64,000 bases of DNA from Utricularia gibba (Eukaryota > Plantae > Magnoliophyta). The stretch covers positions 5,022,001 to 5,086,000 of the forward strand of contig CM007990.1 in NCBI GenBank assembly GCA_002189035.1. The letters run 5' to 3'. The number at the start of each line of letters is the position of its first letter. Within the stretch, counting starts at the first letter, position 1. Shown piece after piece: positions 10,868 through 23,688 of the stretch. The notes below the pieces were generated by a model, which worked only from the letters and a program-made list of their open reading frames with translations, had not been told where the DNA came from and did not search any database. Position numbers and translations under genes: made by a program.

Positions 10868-12469
10868 ATGAGCCAGCTTTCAAGTCCTGAGCTTCGTGAG
10901 CCTCACTATCCAGAGGCAAACTTAAAGAAGCCAGAAGAGGCTGGGTCCTCATCTGGGGGCGCAGCACAAGATGATAAAGTGATGGTTTCCATAGATGGCG
11001 AGGGAGATGAGGAGTCACCGTTGATTGGCATAGGTGAGTGCCGTATTTGTCAGGAAGAAGATTCTCTCTCAAATTTGGAAAGCCCTTGTGTTTGCAGTGG
11101 GAGCCTTAAGGTATCGAAAATTTTGCATTTTCTAGTTCATCATTTCGTCATTCAAATGTTCTTGATTTCATACTTTCTGTGACATTTCTTCCACAGTATG
11201 CTCATAGAAAATGTGTCCAGCACTGGTGCAATGAGAAGGGAGACATCACATGCGAAATTTGTCATCAGGTGTGCAACTGTTTCCGATTCCTTTGCCAAGA
11301 ACGAGTATCTTAACTCATGGATGTGTTCAAACATATCCCTTTTTTGCATCTCTAGCCTCTTATCCAGTTGTTGTGCTTTAAAAGTGTATAGTAAATTCAA
11401 AACCCATTCTGTATCATGCACTTAACTAAGCATTTCATTATATTTTATCGATGAATCAGAAGCAGTTTTGTCATATTTCGTTGTGAGCCGTCTGAACCCA
11501 TACTATTTACTTCTAATGTAGAGATATCAGCCTGGCTATACTGCTCCTCCACGGCCTGTTTCTGATGAGACAGCCATAGATGTTGGGTAAGTTCTTTCTT
11601 CTCATGTATTTTTTCCATAGCTCAGATAAGGTTCAGGAAGGTCTCATTTCAGTCATCAGCATTGGTTTCATATTCTTGATTTAACAAATCATCTTTCTGG
11701 TTTGTCCACAGAGGAGTATGGCAAATTTCTGGTGCCACTTTGGATAGCAATGATCCTCGCCTTTTGGCAATTGCTGATGCAGAACGCCACTTGCTTGATG
11801 CTGAGTATGATGATTATAATGCAAATAGCAGCGGTGCCGCATTTTGCCGTTCAGCTGCACTAATTGTGAGTCGATGATACTGAGATGCTTTTCAGTGTAG
11901 TTGTTTCTACGTACTATGGCTGTAGAGAAGTTTCTATTGAGTACAAAAGTATTGGTATTTTGGACTGCAGTTGATGGCTCTTCTCCTACTGAGGCATGCG
12001 GTATCTATCACAGACGATGGAGATGGAGAAAGTGAGGAAGATGCTGCTACTTTCTTCTCTGTAAGTGATCCCACATTGCTTTCCTGACATTTTTGCATTA
12101 GGAATTTGCTGAGAAATGTTTTACCGCAGCTGTTCTTGCTTCGAGTCGTTGGCTTTCTTCTGCCGTGCTACATCATGATGTGGGCAATAAGTATATTGCA
12201 GCGCCGGAGGCAAAGACAGGTGACTTTCCTGTTTTCAGTACATCTGCAACAAACTCAGTAAACACAGCTGCATATACATGACAAGAAATGATTTATGGGT
12301 ACAGGATGCAACAGCAGCAGCACTAGCAGCAACCCAGTTTGCAATCGTTGTTCAGTCAGCTCAAACCAGAGGCCTCCTCGTGGCCTCAGCTGCCCCAGCA
12401 GTGACTCCCCTGGCGAGTCCATCACATGCCACTTCCTCTGCCGTCCCCCCAGAGCTCGATCGTGTCTGA
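10868..12469 (+). CDS. RING-CH/RINGv (MARCH-like) membrane E3 ligase
   Basis: ECRICQEEDSLSNLESPCVCSGSLK|YAHRKCVQHWCNEKGDITCEICHQ|RYQPGYTAPP. Later exons give AFCRSAALI|LMALLLLRHA and LRVVGFLLPCYIMMWAI. Seven GT-AG coding exons; the last ends PPELDRV* at 12469. TATA-like TTTATAAG at about 10221. Confidence 0.88.
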
Positions 12470-13787
12470 TGAATGCTGTCTTCAAGGATGATGAAGATCA
12501 AACCTTTATTGGTGAGTTTTCAAAACTTCACCGTGCAACAAAGTGTGTGTATATATTGGGGGGAGTACAATCAACCAGATTTAAATTGTGCATTTACTGC
12601 GAATAATCTTCTACCTGAACAAGAGGTGTCTGTACCCGTGTCGTGGTATCGGTATCTTCAGTGTCATAAACCAGTTTTATTTCCAAGTCTTGTACTATCT
12701 GGTCATTCCTGAGTTCTCATGTACCTTGAGCCGTTTTCATGATTTGCATCTCCAATTGTTGGCTAAAATGCTGAGCATGTTCTCTAAACCAGCGTTTAGG
12801 CTTGTCCCCAGGCAAACCTGCATAATTCAGTTTGATTCTTCAGTATCTTTGTCCACAGAAAAAACACACAGGATATGTTCTACCTTTAGTTTGAGGTGTC
12901 TCTCGGAAAACGTAAAACAAAAAGTTGGAACGTTACTCGAAACTGAAACTGTAGAGATAACTGATTTAGTATTAGTTCTCCCCCCTTGGAGTGCATGATT
13001 TTAAAGTAAAGCATCACAATAGTCCAATTTCAAGCATGTCTTGGGGAGTTGTGGGATGAAGCAATGTGAATAAAGGGAAAGACGGTCTCCCTGGTTGAAT
13101 GTCACACAAAAGAAGAGTAAAGAGATCTACTTACGCGTCTTAAAGACAAGGCAGATCTACCTATGAATTTGAAAGCAAACAATAAAACATCACTCAGACT
13201 GGCAAAAGATAAAGAAGCAGCATCAAGCATGGGACTGGCAAGCCAGATGTAATTTGCTTGCATGTTGCATTGGGAAGCGAGCTTCGGATTGATTCTAAAG
13301 CCAGATCTCAAGTTACCATAAAGCCATGTTAAGGAAAGTATCCTACTCACCGATTCCTACTTCCCCCTTCTTTGCTGCCTGGCTGTCCATTTCTTCCATC
13401 TCTCACTGCAACTCAAATTTACATCTCCATGGTGTGTTGGCACGCCCATTTGGAAGTGATTAAACTTGGTCTCGGGGATGGAAACCAAACTGCGCAGGAA
13501 ATAAAGATAAGGAACTGATGGAAACGCAGGAGGGTGCCAAAGAGCAGGGGTTAGTAGCTTCTTTAAAGGGTCGTCTTTAATCAACAAAGTATGATTCTTC
13601 TTTTTCCATCAGCAGCCTTGATGATTTTTCTGATTGGGGTGTAAAATCTACGTTCGCAGTACGGATCATGGACCCCCTCTTTGCTTTAAGTTCCTGCCAT
13701 ATAAATTGGATAGGATCATTCAAGAGTTGGAACCTGGATCAATCCCCATCAGTGGCTGTTAAAAGATTTTCACAAAGAACTTGAAGG

Positions 13788-14075
13788 ATGCGCCGTTTGA
13801 TTCAAAGCTCATCCACGGTGATCATGTTTGTGGTATTAGTAGCAGCACATTGCAATCAAGTTTGTGGCCTGACAACTGCAAGCTCGGTACTAAAACATGA
13901 AGGAGATCTTCGGCCTGTGATGACCAAGAATCCAGGTAAGCAGGAGGATGTTCGGATGAACAATCTAGATTCTAGCAATAGAAAGTCCCATGCAAACGAT
14001 ACAAGAGAGGTGTTATACTCGTCTAGCAAGAGACAAGTACGCAAAGGATCTGATCCCATCCACAACAAAAGCTGA
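13788..14075 (+). CDS. CLE peptide precursor, CLE45-like
   Basis: 95 aa with a hydrophobic signal peptide, a variable middle and a C-terminal CLE box KRQVRKGSDPIHN (14028-14066). Arabidopsis CLE45 is RRVRRGSDPIHN. TATAAAT at 13700. Confidence 0.9.
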   Translation: MRRLIQSSSTVIMFVVLVAAHCNQVCGLTTASSVLKHEGDLRPVMTKNPGKQEDVRMNNLDSSNRKSHANDTREVLYSSSKRQVRKGSDPIHNKS

Positions 14076-15592
14076 TGTAGAGAGTCCTTGATGGTGTAAT
14101 ACATATGGAGAAAGTGCAGTAGGCAAATATGAGAAAACTGGCCGGAGAATACGAGAAGAAGAATGCTGATAGTAGTAGAGCGATCCATGTCTGTAAGAAA
14201 TGAGAACAACGGATAGCTGTTGGAGGACGCTTCATCTGTTGTCCAGTGTAAGGTTAGCATACATGTGTCAGATAGACACCTCCTAAATACTTGTTTTGCA
14301 TTCCTTCTTGAGATTAGCTTACATCAGCGGTACACAGATGTAATTGATGCCCAAATTCTGAATTTTCATATTACTGCACTTCATAGTTCATGCCCTCATC
14401 CTCACTCTCCATTAAATACTGCTCTCTTGTATCTCCTTTGTGCATATTTTTCTGTATAAAGTTCTGCTATCTCAGCCGTCCAGTTCAGCATAACGTGGAT
14501 GGTGCAGCTACGCTATCAAATGGAGATGATATTAAGCAGTCAAAACTCCTGCTGGCTGCTCATGTCAAAACTTTAGCTTATGCCTTCTGCAGCTGTTCTG
14601 CTGGTTCTGCAGCAACAAGGCTTTCATCGGATTTCCTTACCACAAACTCATCATGAAACTGAGGTTGATTGGTGTGAAACCGAATCACATGCCAGCCCTG
14701 TCATAGTCTTGTACCTGATGCTTTCAATCATCACTGCCCATAAAAATTACTGCCATGTAAATTACAAGCACCATCTTTAACCTTCTCTAAAACGTACCTT
14801 CTGTGTGTGGTGGTCCGTAGGTCTTGGCGAGATGATACACAGCGTGACCTTATCAGGGTTCAACCCGACATATACCATACACATGCACAACTTCTGTTCC
14901 TTCACAAGAATTCCAGACAATCATGATTTCGATTATTCGGGGACCATTCAAGTTTTGTGGACTGCAATGGCTCGACCCTTCTGAAAGCTGTCCTTGTTAC
15001 TGTTTTTGTTCTGCATTCATAATGCATGTGCAAAGAGAAATTGCAGCGTTTTGATAATCCCTGAAAGTTCTCTCTGATGGCATTCTCCACCAGCTTTTAC
15101 TCCCATCTCTCCATAATAAATAACACAATATATCAAATCTATGACACAGAATCCGTCATGCCATGGGACAAATACTTTCCCTCTTACCATTGCTGTAAAA
15201 ACCAACCACTATGGATTTTCCAGGCTGAAGCAGACACATCAGAAGTCCTCTTGGAGTAATAACTGTCATGTCACGAGGTGAATAGAGAGGAATGGAATGG
15301 GTTCCTTTTAGTTTAGATTTTGATAGCCATCACCATCCATTACTAGAGATCAAAAAGAGAAAAGCTGTAAGGCAACTACTTTCCCACCAGTTGAAATATT
15401 ACCAATTGCCTGTCATGTGTGACGTCCAGGAATCAAGCCAACTTTGATGTCGTGTGGCTGATGGCGCTTTTGTCCTGACACCAGCACATTCCTAGATTTT
15501 CATGTGACCTTCTTCTTAAGGCCTAGTGCGCCTTCATGCTTTCTTGTCTCTGATCATTGATTCTGCTGTTCTCTTCATCTTCCTCGAGGAAA

Positions 15593-16762
15593 ATGTCTCA
15601 GCCTGTTATATCAGAAGCTCCATCGACGAAAGCTGGAGAACAACGTCCTGCGGCAGAAGCCAGTAGCAACGATAGAAACAGAGTGATTTCTCTACGCTCA
15701 GATAGGCCTGAAGCGACTTCGGTTCCGAAATGGGGACCTCCGAGTTCTCCCACTCTTCATGGAGAGAACCTGGGGTCGATTTCTAGCCCTGAAGAGAAGC
15801 TGCCTGATGACGGCGAAATCGATGTCTTCGACGCCGCAAAGTACTTCGAAGAGGAGTTGAATTCCAGACCTGAAGTTGGAAAAACGAGTGAAGAATTCCA
15901 TGATCTGCATCCAGGGAACGATCACAAGGAAGACTACGCGATCAAGCAACTGTCTCCGACGGCAGCCATGAGCATCCGTTCGGGGTTCAGTAGAAACAAC
16001 TGTGGCTGGTTAATGCACGCCAGAAAACTAGAGAAAAGGAAGATTCTTGCTGCACTCTGCTGCAACTTTTCTTGTGCAGACAAGAACTCCGTTGATCACG
16101 TCGCTGAGAACTCCTGTAAAAGACCAGAAGAGCCAGTTCACCAAGTGGGCAATACTCGTGACAACCTAGAAGAACCCGCCATGAGAGTGAACTCCCACAG
16201 CTATTTCAGCTTTCCCCTCGTCAGCCGCAACGTCGGCAATGAAACAGGAGCAGGCGCTGCTGATACTGCACAGCTCCAAAAATGGTCTTCTATACCGGAA
16301 AAGGGGAAGAATGAATTCAGAAATCCATCAATTCCCGCTGAAACACACGAGGATGAGAGTGATGCCAGTTCAGATTTGTTTGAGATCGACAGCTTATGCA
16401 ACGAGATCCCGTTAAACTTACAGCATGAATCAGATTGTTTCCCTAGTGGCACCATTCCACCAGCAAACGCCTATCCTCCAAGCGAAGCAAGCATAGATTG
16501 GAGCGTGGTCACAGGCAGCGTCACAGAATTCTCAGTCATGTCGAATTCTGACAAGCTGGAACTATCCACATTCAGACGTTCAACTAGACCAGTAGTGACA
16601 TTCAATACCAGTTCAGAAACTCCAAAGCTCCGTCCCAGGATTCTTTCAGGTTGTAACAGCGGAAAAGCAGTTGGGGTTGTCCGAGATGCACACAGAGCAT
16701 ACGATCTGAGAAATTCTGAGGGGAGAAAACAGCAAAACAAACCGCAACCCTTTCCCGCTTGA
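15593..16762 (+). CDS. PHYTOCHROME KINASE SUBSTRATE (PKS) family protein
   Basis: Intronless ORF with PKS motifs DGEIDVFDAAKYF, DESDASSDLFEIDS, YPPSEASIDWSVVTGS and ILSGCNSGKAVGV. First ATG at 15593. Confidence 0.88.
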   Translation: MSQPVISEAPSTKAGEQRPAAEASSNDRNRVISLRSDRPEATSVPKWGPPSSPTLHGENLGSISSPEEKLPDDGEIDVFDAAKYFEEELNSRPEVGKTSEEFHDLHPGNDHKEDYAIKQLSPTAAMSIRSGFSRNNCGWLMHARKLEKRKILAALCCNFSCADKNSVDHVAENSCKRPEEPVHQVGNTRDNLEEPAMRVNSHSYFSFPLVSRNVGNETGAGAADTAQLQKWSSIPEKGKNEFRNPSIPAETHEDESDASSDLFEIDSLCNEIPLNLQHESDCFPSGTIPPANAYPPSEASIDWSVVTGSVTEFSVMSNSDKLELSTFRRSTRPVVTFNTSSETPKLRPRILSGCNSGKAVGVVRDAHRAYDLRNSEGRKQQNKPQPFPA

Positions 16763-17328
16763 GGAGAATAATAGAGTTTCATCTATCAAAAGAAACAGGT
16801 GGGAATGCTTGATGCTCGAGTTATCACAAATGCCATTGTTTCTTTTTTCATGCCATTCCATTTTCTGGAGCTGGACAAGGAGAACGTTTAAATCCATTGT
16901 GTATTAAGTTCAGTATATTGAGAGAATAATCCATTCATCATCGTTTTGGTCCTGAGCTTCACCAGAACCATGGATGAAATATGTATAGGCAGTTTGCAAA
17001 TGCCTTCAGGCCATAATGCAAGAGAATATAAAGTACACTTGTTCTACAGGAAGAATAAAGAGGGCGTGTCAAGGTAGAGTGAAATTTGTTCCTCGCAAGA
17101 ATTACAACAGCTCAGAGCAAACAAACAAGTGTAAGGAGATCAGTTATCCTAAGAAAAGGCACTCGCTCTTCTAAATATTAGGCTGCCAATTTCCCTTCTC
17201 CTTGAATGCCAAACTCATCGACCAAATTATAAAAACGATGTGCCAAAACAAAGCTCTGCGTATATACATCTCACAAAATCGCTCATTTAGGAACGTATGA
17301 AGCAATAATAACCTTTTGAGATAGCCCA

Positions 17329-18361
17329 TCACTCTTCCTTGCATTCCATTGCAGGCTGCGCTTCAAAACCCCCTTCAGTTCTTGTCCTGATATTGTAAGC
17401 CATGTATGTGCCAAGAATCCTATCCCATATCACAAAAAAAGGCTGGGAAAAGTTGTACTTGCTCCCATAGAGCTGGTGGTGAATATCATGATAAGCAGCA
17501 TTGTTTCCAAAGAAAAGTTGGAAAAGATTTCCGGGAACCCATAGCCCACAGTGATCATCCACTGTTTTCATAGTGGCAAAGGAAAAGAAGAAGATCGACG
17601 CACGAGACGACATGCCTGAAATAAGGAAAGCCAAAGCTCCGCCGAATGTGTCAAGAAGCACACCCTCTAGTGGGTGGTTGTAGAGAGCTCCAAAAGCATA
17701 AGGAACAACAAGTCGATGGTGATGAGAATGAATATGTTTGTACAAAAACTTGTTATGGTGCATATAGCGGTGCACAAAATATTGCCATGTATCCAGGGCC
17801 ACCATTGCAACAATCAACTGCCTAGCAAGAGCAATGACTGAAGAATCATGATTTTGTGTAGATGCACCGTTACCCCCAGTAACCTGATTACAACAATAAT
17901 TCAGCTCCACATAACAAAAGATCGTAAAATACATTGTAACAGTAAGGCACGCCCAAATACAACATGACTACTGCCTATTGCGTTTCAGAAAGATTGGGAG
18001 AACAAAAAAACCAATTTTGATAAACATATACCACTTCATTTTGGAAGGACAGGCAACAGAAATCCATTTCTTCATCCAACGTCTAGAAAAAGAGAACAAA
18101 AAAAGTACCAATTACCGCAAACAGAACAGTAGCAGCAGAAGCCTGAACAAGCTGCTGGAACAAGACCCCTATCACGACGTCTTTCTTAGACACCAGGTTC
18201 TTCTCATCTTCCTCCTTCTTCGAGTGAAGTCTGTAATCATCGAAGGATCCGAGGACCACATAAATCCCAGAATACACCCAGTACAAAACAATGGGCACAA
18301 ATGTTCCCAAAAACTCATCCGAGAATCGCATCCCTCCAATCACCATCCCCATTTTCTCCAT
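17329..18361 (-). CDS. Sphingoid base (sphinganine C4) hydroxylase, SBH1/SBH2-like
   Basis: Two exons, 18361-18116 and 17883-17329. Starts SDEFLGTFVPIVLYWVYSG. Has the fatty-acid-hydroxylase His boxes HRYMH, HSHHH, DDHCG and HDIHH. Confidence 0.93.
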
Positions 18362-18582
18362 ATTACTATGAACCGTACTCCCAGTGACGCAGCACCGAAT
18401 GCAATAAACCAAAACTTCAAAATGAAGGATTCCGCTGCTGTTCGTAAATGCAGAATGCTTCAACCATAATCAGTTTTGACCCTCGGCGAAATATCCATCC
18501 GAAACCGCTGTCTGTGCCCACTGTTTGAAAAGCTTCCATTCCCAACCCGTGCCCGTGATTCAGTCCTCGTCAACCCTATATT

Positions 18583-18633
18583 TGGGCCGTATAAGCCCAA
18601 TATTCCAAATCCCCAAAAGGCCGTCTAGGCCCA
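18583..18633. promoter_or_regulatory. Site II (TGGGCY) cluster upstream of SBH, with a telo-box-like motif nearby
   Basis: TGGGCC 18583, AGCCCA 18594, GGCCCA 18628; AACCCTAA at about 18685. Confidence 0.55.
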
Positions 18634-21562
18634 TCACCATGTAACCCAACAACACCCACGAGAACCAGCCTGTATCCTATTTTGAACCCTAAATTCATTC
18701 CCGATTCGATTTCGATTTCGATTTCGAAAATTTGTACCAAACCCATCAATCCGATAACCCTCCACTATCAAGAAAAGAGAGAGAGAAGTGGGGCGGCATG
18801 CCGGCACTAAAGGGGGGATGCTCCCCGCCATCCTTCGAGCTCCCCATTTCCTTGCGTGGCGAAGCTGAAGCCAGATGGATTGTCTTCTTGACATGGAACA
18901 CACAAACGGAGCGACTTGCCCATGTGGATCTAACGATCCGGCCCGGTTTGAAATAGTTTTTGTAATTATATAAACGTATTAAAAACAATTTCATTTTTAA
19001 ATACGAAAGATTTCTATTTTAAAAAATTTGAATATACTACATAATTATAACTACTTTTTCAAAAATACTTTTTAAAAATTAATTATTGAGAAATTGATTG
19101 ATATCCCTATTTTAATAATGAATCGAACTCATTCTTTATTTTAATTATGGATTTAAGTTGAATTATTACATCATTGGGTTTAAAATACTATTTGACATAG
19201 AAAATCAACGTGTGGGCTAAATGGGTCATTTCCTAAATATTCCTGATACATGCATTAAAATTAAAATTTAATATTGGGAATTTCAATTTTCCCATATGTG
19301 TATGTCAAAAAAAGGACCAGTTTTGTAATTGACCGACATCCTTTGTATTTGGCAAATTTCATGTGTATCTGGATATGCATGTGTCTATGGATGTACGGTA
19401 ATTGGTAAGCCATCTTCATCGCCAGCGGTGGGTGATTGGTAGCCACATCCTCTCTCCTGTCCCGGGTCCCACTCGCCAATATTTAATTCCAAAATTCTAT
19501 TTTTTTATTCAAATTTTAAAAGTAGAATTAAGCGTGTACCATCTATGCTTTTAACATTTTTTAATCTATCATTTAAATAATAAGTTGTGGCAAATGTTCC
19601 AACTTGGTATTGTGAAAAAAATATATGCTTCGATATGTATAAGGTATTCTTCCTCGTTTTACAATTTTTTAATTACAATTAGATGTCAGTATTATTGTGA
19701 TAAAAAAAATTCTTTTGCGATCAATTAAGATTTGTATGATGGTTTTCTGAATGTGGTTCTTATGAAAAAAAGGAGAAGAAAGAATACAAATGTTGTTGAT
19801 ACAAAAAACGAGAAATTCGAAAAACATTTCCTTAATAGATTTTGGGATTCAGCTTGTTTAGTAATAGGTTCTTGCTATAATGACTGTATCTTCCTGAACA
19901 GTCTTGCCCAAAAACTCTACTATGTGACTTTTCTTTTTCTTAACGATTTCATTTGGATCCCAATAAATTCGGATTCCCCTTCTTCCTAATTGATACTTAG
20001 GAGGAATTCACATCAGAAAATAAGATTACACCTTCATTTTCCAACTATAATGTATGAAATTTGAGGAGAAGGAGAGCAGATTTTCGTGGAAAGTTTGATT
20101 CTTGTTTAAAAAAGTGAGATAAGCAGCCGGTTTGCAATGCGGATGCTCTAGGATACTGCACTTCGTACCATATTTTGACACTTTCCCCCACCGGAATGCC
20201 CACCGCCGGGATCGCCTCGGCGGTAGCATGGGTTCGGAGGAGTTGGAACACACCCTCAAGATGAATCCATGTCGCCTCACTTGGTTGCATGCGGTTTTCC
20301 GTTAGTAGTGCACCAAATCACGATCGCTTTGTGTCGTGTAGCCAGATTCATTTTATACTACAAGTTGTTTGCTTTATTTAAGCTCCCACAAATCGTGCGT
20401 TTTGTGAGATGGGACATGCCTTCATCTTAAGGACATGACATGCTTACAATGCTGATTAAGCCAGAGGGACCAGGAACAGGAAAGGTAATCATTTGCTTAC
20501 CAGAATGTCTGTCGCTGGGATTACAGAGGGATTAGGCGAAAAAGTGTTTCAGAATGCGGCACCATTAGGGTTTGAAGATCAGTCACCTCATCCCAGATAC
20601 AAAGACAATGTCGCTCGCGGTAACAGTCCAAGGCAAATGATTCGATTTTAATCCGGGTTGGGTCCCGTCTTCACATCAACCCCTTCGGTGTCGCATAGTA
20701 GATGGAATGATAAAGAGAAACGCACGTGAGCGACTGAGCTCAGAGAAGAGCTTGTCGTTCCACAATAAAAAAAAAAAAGAAACTTGATCAATTCAATGTT
20801 TTTCTCACAGGGTGAGACAGTTACCTTCAGCTGAGCTTTTTTACCTTTTACTGCATAGTGTTTCTACATTTGCTCAGAGGTTGTGGTATGTGTGTTTTTC
20901 TTCACTGGGGGAGAGAGTCTGTCTGACTGCACCGGAAGCCTCTGGTTTTTACTGCTCCTTAGGCCTCGTTTTACTTTTATTGTTTCAGATGTTCAGACAG
21001 TAAATGTGTGGAGTTTACTTTTACTTACTGACTGCTCCCAGTCCACCACTTCCCTGCATGAATAAAAGAAAAGAGGATGATGGAGAATTTGCCCTAGCCC
21101 ACAGGCCACAGTGTCGCGCACTCCACTCATTGTGTTTGTTGCTTAAAGCTTGAAGTCACTCACTTCCCCTTATCCCCATGTCTCTCTTTTCTCTCATCAC
21201 CATAATTGGAACATCCTTTTCAACTCCTCCATCATTCGTCTATCTATCTATCTACCTATCACCCTACAGATGGGCTCAGAAACCGCATCGTGAGAAAGAG
21301 AAAAAAAAATCTGTGTCCATGATAATCTCTGGATTATTTATATGTTTCTTCACTGGTGACGATAATCAAAAGAAAATGGGAAGCCATGTTGAGGGTGATC
21401 AGCAGGAGAAGGATGGCGACAGGATAGGAAAGGAGCCAAATAGTAGATTATGAATGAATATGTCTGCACAGAACATCATTTGTTTATATATATATTGAAG
21501 ATATATTGATGGGGAATGGTAGATCCAACCCCACAAAATATACTGCAGTTATATTGATCATC

Positions 21563-22552
21563 ATGGATGGGAATTCTATGCAGAGGTCCCATTTCTCTCT
21601 ACGGCTATTGGAGCAAAAAGACGATGATCATCTCGAACAAGGTAATGGCTCGAATTTCTCCCTTTCTAAGTCTTCGTCGAGCCAGCAGCCTAGCAAGAAG
21701 CCTCCTCCTAAGAGAAGCTCCACCAAGGACCGCCACACGAAAGTGGATGGCCGCGGTCGCCGGATCCGTATGCCGGCGACCTGCGCTGCGAGGGTTTTTC
21801 AGTTAACAAGAGAATTAGGTCATAAATCTGACGGCGAGACGATCGAGTGGCTGCTACAGCAAGCTGAGCCGGCGGTTATCGCGGCCACCGGCACCGGAAC
21901 CATCCCGGCTAATTTCACTTCGTTGAACATTTCAGTGAGGAACTCCGGATCAACGCTTTCGGCCCCGTCGCATTTCAGGCAGAACAGCGGTAGTTATTTG
22001 AGTTCTCCAGGTTTTGGGAATACCCAGTTTAGGAATTTGAATCATCTTGATGATTCGTTGCAAAGATTGGATTTTTTAAGTGGGAATCTGAGTTTGAGTC
22101 CTATGCTTCAATCTAAGCAAGAATTGGGCGAAGGAGAGATCACTTTGGGAAGAAGAAGAGAAGATCTTGCGCATGAGATGGGAAGTTATATGCTTGGGCC
22201 AATTTTTGGAAGTCATTTAAATAATATCCAGTCACCAAGTGCAGCTTTCGTAATGGTAACAAATCCAAGTACTCAAACAACCTTAAGTGGCGGTAGTGGC
22301 GGTGGAGAGTCTATGCTACCTTTTCCTTCTACTGTTGCAAGTTCTAGCATGTACAGACAACCCCCAGCTTCCAGCAGTGGCTTGCATTTGATGAATTTCC
22401 CACCCGCGATGTCGATTTTCCGGCAACATCACGGCAGTGAGACGGTGGCCGACGGCGGGCACTTAGGCATGCTCTCAGCACTAAACACCTTCAAGGCGAA
22501 CCGCGGATCCGAAGCTCCGGCCACCAGCTCAGATGGTGGTGCCGACGATTGA
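21563..22552 (+). CDS. Class I TCP transcription factor (TCP14/TCP15-like)
   Basis: Intronless. TCP domain [49 protein letters not shown] followed by [15 protein letters not shown]-terminal GLHLMNF and HLGMLSALN motifs. Confidence 0.95.
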   Translation: MDGNSMQRSHFSLRLLEQKDDDHLEQGNGSNFSLSKSSSSQQPSKKPPPKRSSTKDRHTKVDGRGRRIRMPATCAARVFQLTRELGHKSDGETIEWLLQQAEPAVIAATGTGTIPANFTSLNISVRNSGSTLSAPSHFRQNSGSYLSSPGFGNTQFRNLNHLDDSLQRLDFLSGNLSLSPMLQSKQELGEGEITLGRRREDLAHEMGSYMLGPIFGSHLNNIQSPSAAFVMVTNPSTQTTLSGGSGGGESMLPFPSTVASSSMYRQPPASSSGLHLMNFPPAMSIFRQHHGSETVADGGHLGMLSALNTFKANRGSEAPATSSDGGADD

Positions 22553-23544
22553 CACACGTCTTAAATCTCGAACTCTGCTTCCCCCTCCTAAGTGTGTTTG
22601 CTTCCTGTTGTGTGCCTTTTTCTTCCCAATTCCATTAGGGTTTTCAGAATCATCTCCAATTTCATTGCGGTTTTGGTCTACATGATTGCATCTGTTCTCA
22701 GCACAGTAAAAATCTCAACTTCAACAACGAACAAGAGGTACAGTAAAAAAATGTGAATCATGTAGCACAGACAGATGAATAATTGTGCATCAGTTTTGAA
22801 ATAAAGATTCAGAAGAGGAGGAGCCCACAAAGTTTTAACTTTATTTTCTTGTTTTTTTTAATCCAAATGTTAAAAAAATGTGTCCTTTTTTCAGCAAGAT
22901 TAATCCTTTTCATCAGGTGTTATCACTGAGAGCATAAACTCTGGAGCCCAAAAATTTTTCCCAGATCTGATGAAAAATTTACTCGGTCCTTTCCATACAA
23001 GGTGGCAGCAGGTGTACCATCAGAGCGGCGGGCCCCGCGGGCGGATCGATCTGGGCCGTCCATTCATTGTTGTTGTCGTTTTTGTTATATAAAAGATATC
23101 ATCTTCAGACAAACATGCACAGTGCCTCCTGCTACCCCTCTGTGTTTCGAGCTATTTTTCTATGATTTTAACTGTGCGGATGTCGTGGGAGGATGCCCCC
23201 TCTTCCAATACCTTCAATCTCCTTGTTTTATATCGAATAACACATGTTAATTATATGTTTAATGAGAAATGGTATCAAATACCATAGATTAAACATTCTA
23301 TATCATGGATCCATATGCTAGTTTCGTCTTTGCATCGACTAGTCATGGACCATGAACATTATCATTAGTCAGAATTATAATTTTAGTAATATGTATACAT
23401 GGCAACTTTTTGTTAGGTAATGTCATTTGAGTCTACTCAATAGTATTAAAATGTGTGAATTTATTTATTATTTTATTATTGGTATTTATCTAATAATGTT
23501 AATAATATTTATGAAAAATCAAACCATGTGGTGGGTTTGGGTTA

Positions 23545-23615
23545 TGGGCCGGCCCGTAGCCACAAGCCCATGAGGATGTTTATTGTTCTGAAGATCTGGT
23601 ACACGTGTGAGCCCA
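23545..23615. promoter_or_regulatory. Site II cluster plus G-box upstream of CYP23
   Basis: TGGGCC 23545, AGCCCA 23565 and 23610, CACGTG at about 23602; 75-145 bp before the ATG. Confidence 0.55.
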
Positions 23616-23688
23616 TTAAGGATGTGAAGCGAAAAAAAGTCAATTCGTGAAGTGAGGTGGCATCTGGATCGGCATTTCGTTGACGAAT

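Noticed and set aside
14560-15260. Minus-strand splice-like signals (AAG|GTACGT at 14797, 64-nt intron) and fragment GHAVYHLAKTYGPPHTEVMIESIR
   Set aside because: In-frame stops lie immediately upstream, there is no start or convincing preceding exon, and the fragment matches no family I recognise.
20026-20290. Overlapping minus-strand ORFs in a moderately GC-rich patch
   Set aside because: No family similarity in any frame; more likely upstream regulatory DNA of the TCP gene.
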